A stretch of 48,582 bases of DNA from Tubiluchus corallicola (lineage: Eukaryota; Animalia; Priapulida), in contig JAQGDQ010001302.1 in assembly GCA_030141605.1 (NCBI GenBank), positions 1 to 48,582 of the forward strand, written 5' to 3'. Both the position numbers and the translations under genes were made by a program. Positions 1-13,206 of this stretch are shown here, one piece after another. Under the pieces are notes generated by a model that saw nothing but the letters and a program-made list of their open reading frames with translations, was not told where the DNA came from and did no database searches. How positions within the stretch are numbered: position 1 is the stretch's first letter; every line of letters begins with the position of its first letter.

Positions 1-644
1 TAGACTGATTTATTGACACAAGATAATTTTAAGTAAATTTCAGAAATTTTTCACATCCCGACACAAACAAAACAAGTTCTAAGACGAATATTTATTGGCC
101 TCGAATTTGAAAGCTCTTTTCTTTTCACAGAGGTAGCAGTTCTTGGATGATTGATTTGCCCATGAACTTAATAATATGGAAAAATATTTTTATTCACTGC
201 AAGTTTACAGGAAACAATTAATCATTTTAAATGAATGGCAGATAGAACTTGAAATGATGCTGAAATAATTTACAAAAATTTCTCCCCCCAGCAATTACAG
301 TAATATCTGGCTAAAACAGTTTCATATGTAACGGTATAAGCAGAATTGGCAAAATGTTAATTTTTTACTGGAAAAACAAAAATGTACCAAAATCTTTTTC
401 AGTTCACACAATTTTTCTTACTTAACTCCTCCCTGGCATCATTCCCAGGTGTTCAGGTGTGGTTAATTTACACAATATGTTAAAATGGTAAATATTATTC
501 TTTACTTCAGAGCCACTTTAACCCTGCTCAAAATCAATAAGAGAACCGGAATAAAACAGAATGTAAAGAGTCTTTTGTTAACGTTTTCTCCATTTTATCC
601 AAACAGCAATTATTATTAAGCTGTCTCGCCCTTTATTATCATAA

Positions 645-730
645 GAAAAGCTTCTAGCCCAATGTTTGCTATACAAACACTTTGAAAAGCTTTTAGCCCA
701 ATGTTTGCTATACAAACACTTTGAAAAGCT
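645..730. repeat. 39-bp tandem duplication (about 2.2 copies)
   Basis: GAAAAGCTTYTAGCCCAATGTTTGCTATACAAACACTTT starts at 645 and 684, with a partial third copy at 723. Confidence 0.9.
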
Positions 731-1324
731 CTCAAATCTAAAACGACATTCCTTTCAATCTTAACAAAACATCTTATTGCGTGTCTCCCAGGGCGCTATA
801 TTATTCCAGGCATAAAATTCCAACAAAAACAATAGAACACACCTGTGCGTTGATAACAAAGCTCTATTCCCAGTGCTCTCAGACGGAACTGCATTTGATC
901 TGCAGGTGGCGTGAAGGATATCTAGCGATAAAGGTTATGCACTATACGACTGTTTTGCCCTAGTTGCGCCCTGTTTAAATACTGGAAAGAATGGGTTAAA
1001 AGACAGACAATATTATCAATAGACTGGAGAATCTTTTTTTAACGCACAAAGCGGGAATTTTCATTAAAATTCTTTACACTCTACGACACTAAACAAATAA
1101 ATATCGATCATTTTCTATGGGAAAGAAAAATGCGTATATTTCCTAGCAGATTGCTAGAAAATGGTAATAGGTAGGTGTAGATGCGTTCTTGTTGCTGCTT
1201 TAATTGTTGTTGTTGCAGTTAGTTACTTTTTGTCTCTGTTCAAGTACCGTTACAGGTTACATCAAAAAGTTAAAACTAACGCCGCATGCCCCTCTTTGAT
1301 TCCCCTATAAGAAATGCAAGATCA

Positions 1325-1560
1325 GGGTTATCACACCTTGGTTGACTTGTGCTTTAACTGAGGAATGCATTGCTCCATCTGGATCGCATTTAACGCACTG
1401 TGATTTCTCAGTACATAATAATTACTGTTGCCATAGCATCTTTCATCAGCTTTTTCACTACTGGCCTAAAGACGTTACATTGAAGAAGCTCGCAATTGAA
1501 TTTAAGCACGGTGATTGGTCTGGAAGATTTTACATACGAAACTTTCGGGTAAACAATTAA
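1325..1560 (+). pseudogene. Truncated duplicate of the last exon of the DUF1647 gene
   Basis: PWLTCALTEECIAPSGSHL...CCH...GDWSGRFYIRNFRVNN* matches about 6000-6250. It lacks the 5' half of the exon and has a net 8-codon deletion that removes the RYEQAALA motif. Flanking homology continues to about 2290 (versus about 6740). Confidence 0.85.
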
Positions 1561-3040
1561 TGTTTTGTAATCCTTTTTGTTTTATTACCACGGCAAACTG
1601 CACTTCCACAAACACTTTCAAACCTCCATGACTTACGAATCATGTGAGATGCTGTGTATTATAAGCCTACAGAATGTTTTACCAGGTGATTTTAAGGGAA
1701 TGCAAATATGACAAATTGAATATACTGCCTATCATTGCGGGTGAATTTTAGAATAAGAACCTTTTGACGACTTTTAATCCTAAAGCTGACTCTGTGATAG
1801 GAATGATAACCAACGAAATTACTAAAGATTTTCACTTAGAAACATGATTTTATTGAAACTGTTCAACATTTGCTATACTACTTTTTGATCAATTCTGCTA
1901 ATTCGACCCCTCCAAATGCGTTAGAGTAGTTTAAACATCTCAAAGAAAACTTGTTGCATTTGCCGTCAGTTGTCAGAGTGCGAGTATGTCGTTTTGTCGA
2001 AACTCTCTGTGATTACCTGTTCACACAGTGGAAGAAACTATAATCACCAAACTTTGCATAATGGTAGAACTTGGGAAGATTAAAAAGTTCAGATGTGCAG
2101 GTCAATATACTGAGAAACATCAAAATCAAAACAGATAATGTTATAATCACTAAACTTCAAAAAATATCAATTCGTTAGACTTCATGTGATTGCGTGGAGT
2201 GTGACTTCTAGTCTCCCGTCTTTTTGACATAAACAGTGAACATTTTGATTGTTCAAAAGTAAGTTTAAACTAAAGTTCAGTTTTTGTTTTATTCTGGTAC
2301 GAAGAAAACAATTTCTTTTAATGAAGCACATTAATTAAAAAAAAGCACAAGCAGAGTCTTTTTACAAAATCTGTTCTGCAAAGATTCACAGATATTTCTT
2401 TGAAATATTTCCGTCTATTTCAAATTACCTAAAGGTTCACAACTGTTCTGTATTTGACAGTTTGTTTTAATGCCTTTCAAGCAAGTAGGTCTGCAGTCTC
2501 TGGCTGAGATTGGAGGAGCAAATGAGGAAACAAAAGGTGTCATAATGAGTTTTGAACTCGACAACTGAGTATCATTTTTCTTAATACTTTATGCCATATT
2601 GCAGTTGAAACGTTAGTGTCAATTGTGAAGTTTAAGTAGAAAACAGGATCAAATAAACTTAATGATTTCACATTAACACACTAATTATATTTCACAGCAT
2701 CATTATTAACATCCTGAACGTGTTTTACCCTACTCAGGGCTCCACCAGAGACAGTAAAACAAATCAAAAATAGCATTATTCACCTAAACACAGTTCTACT
2801 AATAATTACACGGGTTATGTTCAACAATTCATTTCCTGTCAAAGCTTCATAATTTTTTTATGACTTGAGGAATCCCAATTTTCATTTTCTGCAAACCCTA
2901 AAGGACAAAAGCCAAAGACGGTTATTTATAGTCGCTGAGACAACAGACAACATTTGCCGTAAGCGACTCTCTTAACAAATACAGCAAAACTGAAACGCCA
3001 AAAACAAATAACACAGATAAAAACTTGTATGCGGCAATAC

Positions 3041-3126
3041 AGCTGGTCGTGAGATTCGAACTCGGGCTCTAAGCAAAGTAGTATTAGTAGACCTCAGTCC
3101 GTTATCTTAACCACTCAGCCACTCTT
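3041..3126 (-). mobile_element. tRNA-derived (Ser/Leu-like) SINE head or tRNA pseudogene
   Basis: The minus strand reads AGTGGCTGAGTGGTTAAG (A box)...GAGTTCGAATC (B box). No clean anticodon arm or acceptor stem could be folded. Confidence 0.55.
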
Positions 3127-3422
3127 AATGACAAGCCATAACGACAAACTCTGAGCTCATTTCTGAATAATCCAAGGAAGTTTTACTAAATATTTACATG
3201 ACAGAAAAAAATGCACATTTCAGGCTAAGAGTAAAATTTAGATTCGTCTAAAACATTTGATTTTGGCATGATTGAAGTGTCTTTCAGGTTGTCTATATGC
3301 ACTGGTATTCGAGGACCACTATTAGATTGGCTAAAGGTATTTAAATTTTTGTCATCAAACAGTTGTCATATATTATTATTATTATTATTTATTTATTATT
3401 TCAGATATAATTTGACTTGACA

Positions 3423-3818
3423 ATGGCCACGTCAGCTTGGGGACAGCAACGCATGTTTTTCATCACATTCGTCATGTTAATCGCATTCATCATTTTCGGC
3501 TTCCTGTACACGAAATCTCCAAGACATAGTATCATTACAAATCCCAAAGTGTTTACCAGACAACAGAAATGTCCTCAAGATGGAGTACGTCCAGTGGATA
3601 AAGCATTTCCTACAGTTGAGAAATTCATAAGAACTGAGATAATTAATGATTCGTTTTTTGACGAAACAAGAAGTCAGCCTGTGATAGTTACTGCCTTCGA
3701 CAAATCACATTACACAGAAGGGGAGGGCCTAATAAGGAACCTCAATCAACAGTTTGGTAGAGATAACTATCATCTTGTAGTTTACGACTTGGGCCTTTCA
3801 AAGAATCAAAAGAAATGG
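3423..3818 (+). CDS. DUF1647-family protein (putative Golgi glycosyltransferase-like), coding exon 1 of 3
   Basis: TTTCAG acceptor at 3404 and ATG at 3423. N-terminal TM (MFFITFVMLIAFIIFGFLY) followed by VIVTAFDKSHY and LVVYDLGL motifs. GT donor at 3819, phase 0. Confidence 0.85.
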
Positions 3819-4548
3819 GTATTTGTATGCTGTTATTATAGATGACAAAAGTTTGAGAGCTAAATCAAATATGTTAGTGTAAAACACATGAAAATGTGTC
3901 TATTTTTGATATCATCTGGACAGTATAGTTTATGTCAAATACATTATTGTCATAAGAGCACCAGTTAAGAGTAGCTGAATCAGAATTTACTTTACTTGCA
4001 TTTACAAGAGCCACGTCATAATATACTATACCTGGTGTTACCCAGTAACAGAGCAATATTATTGAGATAGACAAACGATAGGTTCTGTACGTGTGAGCAT
4101 CGAATGTTCAAGTTCGATTCGAAGGAGTTTTTTCGATGAAATTCGATTCGAGCTTAAAATTATAGAAGTAAATGATTCAGCACTTCTTCTAAATTCATCC
4201 TTCATGTTTAAAAAAGAAACAATTAGCACAATTTTTGGCTCACATCTTTAAAAAATTTGTTAGAGTTTTAATGTAGAGTAAAATCGAGGAATTCGACATT
4301 ATTTCAAAAATCTCGAAACTGAAATCTGATTTTACCCGTGGCCCAGAATTCACAAATTCGGTACGATTTGAAATCTTTTTCCCAGAGAGAAAGCTTAGGC
4401 TGCATTAGAAAAACAGCTTTAATATGATTCGGTGATTTTAGGTTATAGAGTTCAGAATACAACCACACATTTTCATCTGCTGAAATAATAGGACAAATGA
4501 AACTATCTTGTGACATTTTTTTACCCAAATTTTAAATTTATATTTCAG

Positions 4549-4662
4549 ATGAAAAACTACTGTAATTTAAGCAAGTGTGATTACAAGGAATTTGATTACA
4601 GCAAGTATCCTGAGCATGTGAAAAACTTGCATACGTATGCTTTCAAGCCTATTGTTATAGGG
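4549..4662 (+). CDS. DUF1647-family protein, coding exon 2 of 3
   Basis: TTTCAG acceptor at 4548; FDYSKYPEHVKNLHTYAFKPIVIG; GTGAGT donor at 4663; phase 0 at both ends. Confidence 0.85.
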
Positions 4663-5722
4663 GTGAGTACTAATGCAGTGAGTGGTAATGCAAAAGTGAG
4701 TTGGAAAATCGCCCCAAAAAAAGTAAAAAGGAGACATAAAATGGCAGCAAAAATTGAATTGCTATATGTGCACCTCTATGATTTGCTTTATGCTTCTCGG
4801 AGAAATTAGGTAATGCTCAAACATTTATTGCGCCATCTAATATTTTTATTCTTAAACAGCTTTATACTATTTAGAATTTTTTTACTTGCTTCATTTCTTA
4901 AAATACTTTTGTTTTTATTGACTTTTAATGTCACAGGCTTCTGTCCCTTTTTTATCTTTTGTGATGTTTCTTTGTCCAGGGATATATTGAAATTGAATAG
5001 AAATGCTGCACTCCTAGTTATAAAAATTTTCATAGCAATGTGGCGAATGTCTGACTTATCAGGAGACAGACTACTTGCATTACACCTACTATACTATCAA
5101 GTAACCGCAGAAAGAAAACTATTTCTAAAATGTGTGTTAATGTTTCATTTGCTGAGTATATAAAATAACCATATAAATTATTACAAAGTTTTGTTTCCTT
5201 TGGTGAGTAGCATAAGAAGCGTTTGTGGTACATGGGGCAAAAAAAAGGCCGGTACACTACCGTTTTGATCATTCGTTTCGTAGGTAAAGCCAAAAATTGT
5301 GCACGTTTTTTGTGTCCCTGAGCCTGCCTTTCTTTTTTGACATGATACAAAGATAAATGATTTATTTCTAAGAATCACCCTGATTTTGATTTGAATCTCA
5401 TTACACACAAAGTTACATAACGACACTATATTTTTTTCGAGGCTGTATGTAGTATTTAAGCCAGGAACGAGTAGGATCTCTGATCAGGCAATCTTGCAGT
5501 AGTTTGAAAACTTTTATTAATGGTTTTGTTAATGTCAAATCTGAAATTAATAATTAACAGTTACTCAAATCTAGAAGAATTTTCAGTCTTGCACTCGGGG
5601 TGATTGCCTCTGTAATCAGTAAGTATTTTTCCAAGATTACAGACCTAACAATTTGATATAGATATTCATGTTGCAGACTACTTTTCAAGTTTTAAATAAC
5701 AGTGTCAAATTATATATTGCAG

Positions 5723-6250
5723 GAGACATTGCAAACATATGGATTTGTTTTCTGGGTTGACACCTCCTTTAGACTGATTGAGAATAAAACTGACGAGCTC
5801 ATATCAATATTCAATCGAACTGCAAGTGATTCAGGTATAATAGTTTGGCCAACGTTGAAACTGTATTGTTTCGTACACAAGGGCATGTATGAGTACTTCA
5901 AAGCAGATGTGGAGTACTTTAAATCAAACGACCTCCTCGGCGTTAGAGCAGGAACTATTGTGGTGCATAATGCAAAATGGGTTCGTGAATTAGTGATATA
6001 TCCTTGGCTGACTTGTGCTTTAATCAAAGAGTGCATTGCTCCTGCTGGGTCGCATCTAAAACCATGTAATTTCTCCGCACCTGAAAACTACTGTTGCCAT
6101 AGATACGAGCAAGCAGCTTTAGCCATTATTCTTTATCAGCTTTTCAACTTCCGGTTAAAAGACATTATGTTGGAGGGTCTCGAATTTAAATTTCATCGCG
6201 GTGATCGGTCTGGAAGAAATTACATACGAAACTTTCGGGTAAACAACTAA
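5723..6250 (+). CDS. DUF1647-family protein, coding exon 3 of 3 (spliced protein about 345 aa)
   Basis: TTGCAG acceptor at 5722. ETLQTYGFVFWVDTSFR, PWLTCAL..ECIAPAG and CCHRYEQAAL motifs are typical of DUF1647. The TAA stop ends at 6250. Confidence 0.85.
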   Translation, partial: ETLQTYGFVFWVDTSFRLIENKTDELISIFNRTASDSGIIVWPTLKLYCFVHKGMYEYFKADVEYFKSNDLLGVRAGTIVVHNAKWVRELVIYPWLTCALIKECIAPAGSHLKPCNFSAPENYCCHRYEQAALAIILYQLFNFRLKDIMLEGLEFKFHRGDRSGRNYIRNFRVNN

Positions 6251-8149
6251 TGTTTTGTAATCCTTTTTGTTTTATCACTACAACGAACTGCACATGTATA
6301 AACACTTTCAAAATCTCCTTGATAGGAAGTATCAGTGAAATACAGCGGATTATAAGCCTACAGAATGTTTGACCAGATGATTTTAGGCAACTACAAATAC
6401 GGCAAAGTTTAATATACTGTCCAACAATTCAGTGAATTTTAGAACTTTTTAACAATGACAGGGGAAGACCAAGAAACTCCTTTTTTTGTTAAAAAGTCTG
6501 GAGATAGACATCAATATCAAAACAGATTATGTTATGATCACCAAACTTAAGGCACGGATAAGTATGCTTAACACCTTTTGGTTCAAATATGCCAAAAAAT
6601 GTCAAATCATGTCTTCATACGAGGGCGAGCCGTTTGTCTTCTAGTTTTCCATTTGTTTTGACATAAACAGCAAACATTTTGAATGTTGACAAGTAAGTTT
6701 AAACTAAAGTTAGTAGACTATTTCACTTTTTTATTCTGCTACAATTAAACAATATCTATTAATTGTAGCACTGTAACGTGTCGAGAGCTACTATATTATT
6801 ATTTTTTATATAATGATCAGGAAAATATACTACATGCATTTTAACTGGTTCGTTTGCTGTTTTCTACGTCAACAATAGTTTAATTAATACTAATGGCTTG
6901 CTGTGTAAGCCCTCAATTAAAGACGAAGATAAGAAAATGAATGCGCATAACATATCTGAATGTTCGTGACGATATTGTGCAAAACACAATGATCCTCCTC
7001 CTACAGTGACAACGCTGACGCCAGCAACATGACGATCCTTTATGAGCGATAACAGTACAGATGACGACAGCTACCAAACAGTTTCCAGCAGTCCAACACC
7101 AACGTACCAACAGTTGACTGGAATGAAATAACATCACACTTCTGTGGCTTGACCAGCTTTCAAACTGTGTAACAGCAACAATGTAATGGCCCGTGCATAC
7201 AGGGGCAGACCATAGGAGCCAATTAATGGTGCTAAGTTCGATCAGTTCCTTGGCCGAGCTAGGGGTGCTAACTGACTGCCCACTAAAGGAAACAGACAGT
7301 AGCTGAGTGTAGGCAGACTCTACGGAGCCTCTACCTAAATAGCATGGATTCTTTTGTGGTGTGATGGATGAAAAACAGTTACATCATTTTCTTTCTGGTG
7401 CCATTAAATACTGTTTTGTTATCCAGGATGCCATTCAATCACGTTTTGTTAATTAATTCAGTCTAAATTATCTTTATCTTGTAAATTAACGAAATAATCT
7501 GCTATTTTGCTATAGATCAGAACTCGATTAGGCTGTTATTGGAAACACGTCATATTTTCACTCATCTGCTGTTAACCTGTTGATTATTTTCCTATTATTT
7601 GCTTCTTTTTGTTTTTGAATCAATTTTTTTTAATAAATTAATTTCAGGTTTATCGCACCAGGTAATACCGGAGTTAGATTTTTCTTTTAGATATTTTACT
7701 TGGGCGCATCCTCACTATTTAAATGTGGAAGTTAGAAACTTGTCCCCATATTCGTTTGATATTTCTTGTAGCTGATATTTTGTAAAACTAGACAATTCTT
7801 CCATTGTTTGTATTGTTTTATTCTTCTGACATATATAAATATTCATTAGATTCATCATTTTAAATGAAAAGAAATTTTGTGACTTTTTTTCCACCTTGTA
7901 CCAGGTTATTCTTATATAATTAAATTTTCGAACCACCCTGTACTCTGATAATTAAATTTATACAGGAAAATTTTTAGACTTTTCTAATATTAGCTGAGTA
8001 TGATGATTTTATTTGTATATCACATGTATTTATTTGTACATTTGTTTAAAATTTGATCACGCTGTTTTTTTACCAAGCGAACTGTGGACCACCCTGTACT
8101 GCTTTGCACCTGATTTGTGTTCAGGGTAGCTTGCTTTAGGCGGCTGTGT

Positions 8150-8665
8150 TAAAACTTTGCATAAAGCATAACATTTAATTTGTTAATATTCAGGATTGTC
8201 AGTCTGTCCGCATGGACATATAATGGACATGTAGAACGTCTTATAGTAAAATGCTTCTGTAAAAAAATTCCATTCTTGAATTTAAATTGTATACCATTAA
8301 AAATAGGGCTGTTGATATATCTGACAGTTATAAGTATAAGCATGTAGTATTATCAAATGATGTATTAACCGTAAGAATATATTATTGCAAAGTGTGAAAT
8401 GTTGCGCAACACAGAAATTAATCAATTTTAGATAAAGCTCACCGTGGTACTAATATGGGTATTTATGTACTGAAAGAACTAATTAATTGATTATATAAAG
8501 GAAATATAATTGTAAATCGGAGTTGCTGTTGTCTAAAAACTAACTGTATCATAGAACCTAAATTGTTGAAATAAATGGTACATGTCTAACTCTGTGTCAG
8601 ATAAATGTGGTGCACTTCAGGGGCCTATCCTGGGTCCACTGCTATTTTGTGAATAATCTGCCAAA
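8150..8665. mobile_element. Highly decayed CR1/L2-like RT fragments in opposite orientations
   Basis: Plus strand near 8606-8665 reads as a broken CG.QG.ILGPLLF..N.LP. Minus strand near 8150-8260 gives PLY...ILNINKLN..YAKF, resembling a CR1 C-terminus. Confidence 0.45.
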
Positions 8666-9547
8666 CATTTCTATTCTTCATTCAGTTCAAACTGAATGAT
8701 TTCATTGTCAGTTCAAAAAAACTTTTCCTGCCTGAGTCCAATGTGCTTTGTCAATTGTCACAGTGATGCATGTTATGGCTTTGTCATACATGAGTGCAGC
8801 AAAGTGTTCAAGTACAAACATTATGTAATTCAGCAGCTTAGCTCTGGGAATAATGCTTAGAGACACCAAATTTTCCTCCTATCTCTTCAACACATACCAT
8901 AGATATATACGCTAGCAAATATGAAGCCCAGTTTTATAAAATCGCATTGCACAGCGAAGCCATTACTAGGATAGCTACCAAATGCGTAAACTTTGCACCT
9001 TCAATACGACCTAACGAACCTGAAACAGTACATATACTAAACGTTCGTATAAACGGGACTGCTTGACACTGAATTATTAAAAACGGAATCTTGCAAGTAA
9101 CATAATTAGCATTAAATTATGTGGCAAATTTAGACCAAAGCTGCTACCACTGTGAGGAACCGTAGATGATTAGGGGTAAATGATTTAACCACCAAGATTC
9201 ATACTATGAACGTACTATCCCGAGGGAGCAAGGTCTTAAAATTAGGGGCGGCGCCAGTGTGGTAGCACGAGGTTGTTTTTTTTTCTACTTACGAGTTTAT
9301 GGATGATAAAATCATGCAAATTTATTCGAGCAAGAGAAATTTCTTCTGAGATATTCAAGACAGCACATTTCGGCAGAGGAAAAACAAGATGAGAAGAGTG
9401 CTATCCTGCTTCCTGTGATTTTGCCTTATCGACGGACAAGACATGAAAAGCATAACAGCATAACAGCATCAATAAAAATTAATGATGTTTTACCTGACAA
9501 AAGCCCCTACAAGGTACGTAGTTAATTTCTCAAAGCAATTGTATCGT

Positions 9548-9577
9548 ATATATATATATATATATATATATTCTCTC

Positions 9578-9616
<39 letters not shown>
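9548..9616. repeat. Compound (TA)n/(GA)n microsatellite
   Basis: Read directly from the sequence. Confidence 0.9.
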
Positions 9617-9732
9617 GCCTACTAATAATATGAGTAACGTATTGTGCCCTGCATAGTCTTGCATCAGGTTGCCGATCATTTGACAGTGTTCTGGGTCGTA
9701 CAAAAAATCACGACTAAAGATCTAAGAAGTCT

Positions 9733-9945
9733 AAAAGAGAAGAAGCGAATATTGTCTGAAGATTTAATGCAAAAAAAGGAGAGAAAAGTTGCCATCATCT
9801 GCTCTTGACACGGAAGTGGCTCTTCCTTTACCGTTGGAATTTCCAAAAAGAATGCTAATATTTTATAATGCAAAAAAGAATTATAGTGAAGTTATAGTAT
9901 AAGACACACGGATTTTGTAGAGAAAATTTGTTTTATTTATGAATA
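9733..9945 (+). pseudogene. Carbohydrate-sulfotransferase-like relic, copy 1 (direct repeat of 22008-22250)
   Basis: KVAIICS*HGSGSSFTVGISKKNANI..FIYE resembles the 5'-PSB motif (RSGSSF.G+LFN.NP.+FY+YEP) of Gal/GlcNAc 6-O-sulfotransferases. It contains stops and a frameshift. Confidence 0.5.
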
Positions 9946-12316
9946 TTCCGAAGTGAAATTAATATCTTGTGAACATTGTGTTCTAATGATTGATGAGTTT
10001 GGTTTCTCTGAGATGCTGTTATAAGAAATTAACATGAAACATAAAAATGACATTTAAATAATTATCGTCTGCATTCAAGCCAGAAGCTTTTATCAGCAAA
10101 TAAAAAAAGCATGAAATCTTAAGCTCCTTTAACATGCAAAACCTGCGGCACCAAATCTTTAATCGTCAATATCCAGCTTCGGAGGCACGGATTATGAGAT
10201 GCTATAATCTGTATCATGGTAATAGTGTGCCATTATTTAGTAATAAGTTTTATATTGAGAAAAGGAATGTACGAGAAAATAGCACAAATGTTTGATTGTG
10301 ATTATATGGGGAATAATGTATTATATGGGGAATATGAAATTATATTACATTACATTATATGGGGAATTATGTGATTCCCTATAAAACGTTCACGTGTAAC
10401 TGTGGAGTGGTCTTATAAACTTCCCTCCATTTACTATGTGAGTGCCCTTTAGTCAATATATGTAGTCAATGAATTTTTATGTCACTTAAACAATCAAGAT
10501 CTGGACTGTATTTATGTTATATATATTAAAAGAGACAAAGAATTAACGACAGCTTTTCTAAAATTAATATGCGACCTTTTATTTTTATTTTTATTGAGGA
10601 AGTTTGTTTGAAAAGATTGCATAAACTTGATTAATAGTTTTGGTATATTTAAAAATAATTTAGTTAGTAGTTAGATGATATTTTGAATGTTTTAGTTTCC
10701 AATTATTATAATTATTATTATTATTATTATTAATATTATTATTAATCTTGGAGTAATGTCCCCAAAATTGCCTCCTCAGGATTCGAAACTATCTTTGAAG
10801 AATATCTGCAAACAAGTTTCTTTCAGCTACATTGTGTACTCCAAATTTGAAGCCATTCTCGTACAAACGACGATCCACTCATGAAACCCAAGCACCAACC
10901 TTTTGCATTTGGCCTGTATCTCGCACCTAACGAGAATATTGTGCCTTAATCTTTACCCTGTGAATATAGAGAATTTTTTGGCGATAATTGCACTCACCAA
11001 TTGATGATGTATATTCACCATTTGGCGCAACAGGTCCATCAGTAGAACTTAACAAATGCCAAAGAGTGCCTGGTCATGTCTCCTCGAGACCAGGCAAATT
11101 TTCAGGCGTTACAAGATGTGGCTATTGCAAACACTTCTTTTATTCGACAGTAAGGTACGTGACCATTTTCACCTGTTTGAAAAATTTCGTTGCGTGGCTT
11201 GTATTTCCTGCCATTCTAGCACGCCCACGCACGTTAATCAATTAGTTGAAATTAATTAGCGATCTAAATATACTAAGTCGCCGTGCCTTTAACAGATAAC
11301 TTTGACAGGAATGAAATCTCCATGTGCATCATTACAAACACAAACTATGTAATGATGGACTGAAGAGTTAAATGCTGAGGTTTCATTGTAAAATTTACTT
11401 TTGCATGTATTCTAGCAATGCAATAAAAGAAAATAAGCACTTGTAAAAAAAACGGTCATCTGTTCATTGTTAAGGCTGAATTTTACAACAATTTTCGGCA
11501 AAATCTTCAATTTCTGACCACGTCAGAAACATTGTCAACTAGTTTTAAAATGGCAAAATGCATTGTTTGCATTAGGTTACATCTGCCCAAGATTTGAAAA
11601 GTCAGGGCTCTCCATTCTTCATTTCAGACTTTTTATCATATTGTCACACGTTTTGTGACCTTTAGTTTTTTTTTTAAAAATAGGCATAAGAGTGAAGGAA
11701 AAATCAATTTTTTTACGACGGTTTACTAGTAATAATGTTAAAAACAAACAAAAAAAGGAAAAAAATCAGGAAAACAGTAGGAACTTTAAATATATAGTTG
11801 CAGGAGTCAAAATTTCTACACTGTAAAGTAGGTAAGTAAGCCCTTACTGTACAGTACTACGCCACAGGCGGAATTAAAGTAACTGATATTTTATTTGCTT
11901 CTCGCATGAAAACATTATAATTATAGATTGGCACGAACAAAAATTGTAGTTTTTCTGTTGCCGAGCATGGTGTGCAATTACATTTTCATATTTAAGAAAT
12001 CGTGGAAAAATAGAAAAAACAATTTTGATAAAACCCGAATTCAAGATAAATAATTGTGGGGTTTTTTACTACATAAATTGCAAAAACATGCAAAATACTT
12101 TTGATCCCGCAGTTAGACTTTTGATCCCCCAGTTAGCAGTTAGCCAGCACAGCGTGCAGACGTGTCGCGCGGACTGTGCTTCACTTAGTGCGATACTGTA
12201 CCTTGCGCACTATGTGATAGCTAGTTGAAGTCGTGTTTTACATGTATTACGGCTGTTAATTATGAGTGTTTACGCTTTTGGTACCGATGATACGTTCGTA
12301 CTGAATAATATTAGAA

Positions 12317-13206
12317 ATGCCAAAGCAAAACGATAAACGAAGCTCATTACGGTCAGCTAATAAACAATCAGAAGGCATGAATATTAATTCTGATATTGAA
12401 ACCGTAGAAGTATCAACAACTCAGGACCAAAAATTGGACAAAATTTTGAGTCAACTTGCTGCACTTGATATGATAATGAACGATATAAGAGAGTTAAAGG
12501 ATGAACAACTTAAGATCAACTCAGTGGTTCAGCCAGTTCAGACTTCTGTTAATACCAATACAAAATTGCTGAACGATCATGAGAAGAGACTAAATCGAGT
12601 TGAAACAGAAAATGCAAAATTACCGGCTCTTGATGATTTGGAAGACAGATTCAATAAGCTGAAGCAGTTGAACACAACTTTAGAAGAAAAAATTAACAAA
12701 TTAGAGAGGTACCAGAGAAATGACTGCCTTGAAATTATTGGTATACCAGAAACAAACGCTGAGGATGCAGTCAAGATAGTTTTAGATGTAGCTAACCATA
12801 TTGGTGTTAAAGTGGAGCTGTACGAAATTAATACTGCTCACCGAGTACCTAGTAGCAGACCGGAACTGTGTCCTCCTATCATCTTTAGATTTAATAGTAA
12901 AAGGAAGAAACGTGAGCTGCTTCGTAATAAAAATAAATTAAAGACGAGCACAATTTCGGTGACTTTGGTGCAAACAAGAACAACAACAGAATTTACATTA
13001 ACGAACACTTGTCGAGTTTGAGTGCTCGCATCTATAAACATACAAGGGAGATGGCAAAAATGAAAAAGTGCACCACCTGGACCCGCGATGGCCGAGTTTT
13101 CATAAAACTGACTGGAGGGACTGACATAACTGAGATTTCTAGTTTGGAAGATCTGAAGCGTTACACTACACCTTTGAAAACAGACTGCTCTAATGCGACT
13201 AACTGA
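12317..13206 (+). pseudogene. LINE ORF1p (coiled coil + RRM + FP/CTD-like domain), frameshifted near 12950
   Basis: Coiled coil, then LERYQRNDCLEIIGIPE...AHRV...PPIIFRF. It continues in the -1 frame as RIYINEHLS...AK...WTRDGRVFIK. Confidence 0.85.

Noticed and set aside
3041-3126. Functional tRNA gene
   Set aside because: The A and B boxes are present, but the anticodon and acceptor stems do not pair.
7700-8100. Tc1/mariner remnant (two ACCACCCTGTA ends and a weak transposase-like ORF at 7715-7936)
   Set aside because: Both end motifs are in the same orientation and the protein similarity is too weak to support a call.
10760-11260. Possible coding exon (ORFs at 10988 and 11056)
   Set aside because: No recognisable motif in any frame and no convincing splice partners.
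12095-12140. TSD of the CR1/L2-like LINE
   Set aside because: The short CTTTTGATCCC..AGTTAG duplication is tandem at the 5' side only, with no matching sequence after the 3' tail.
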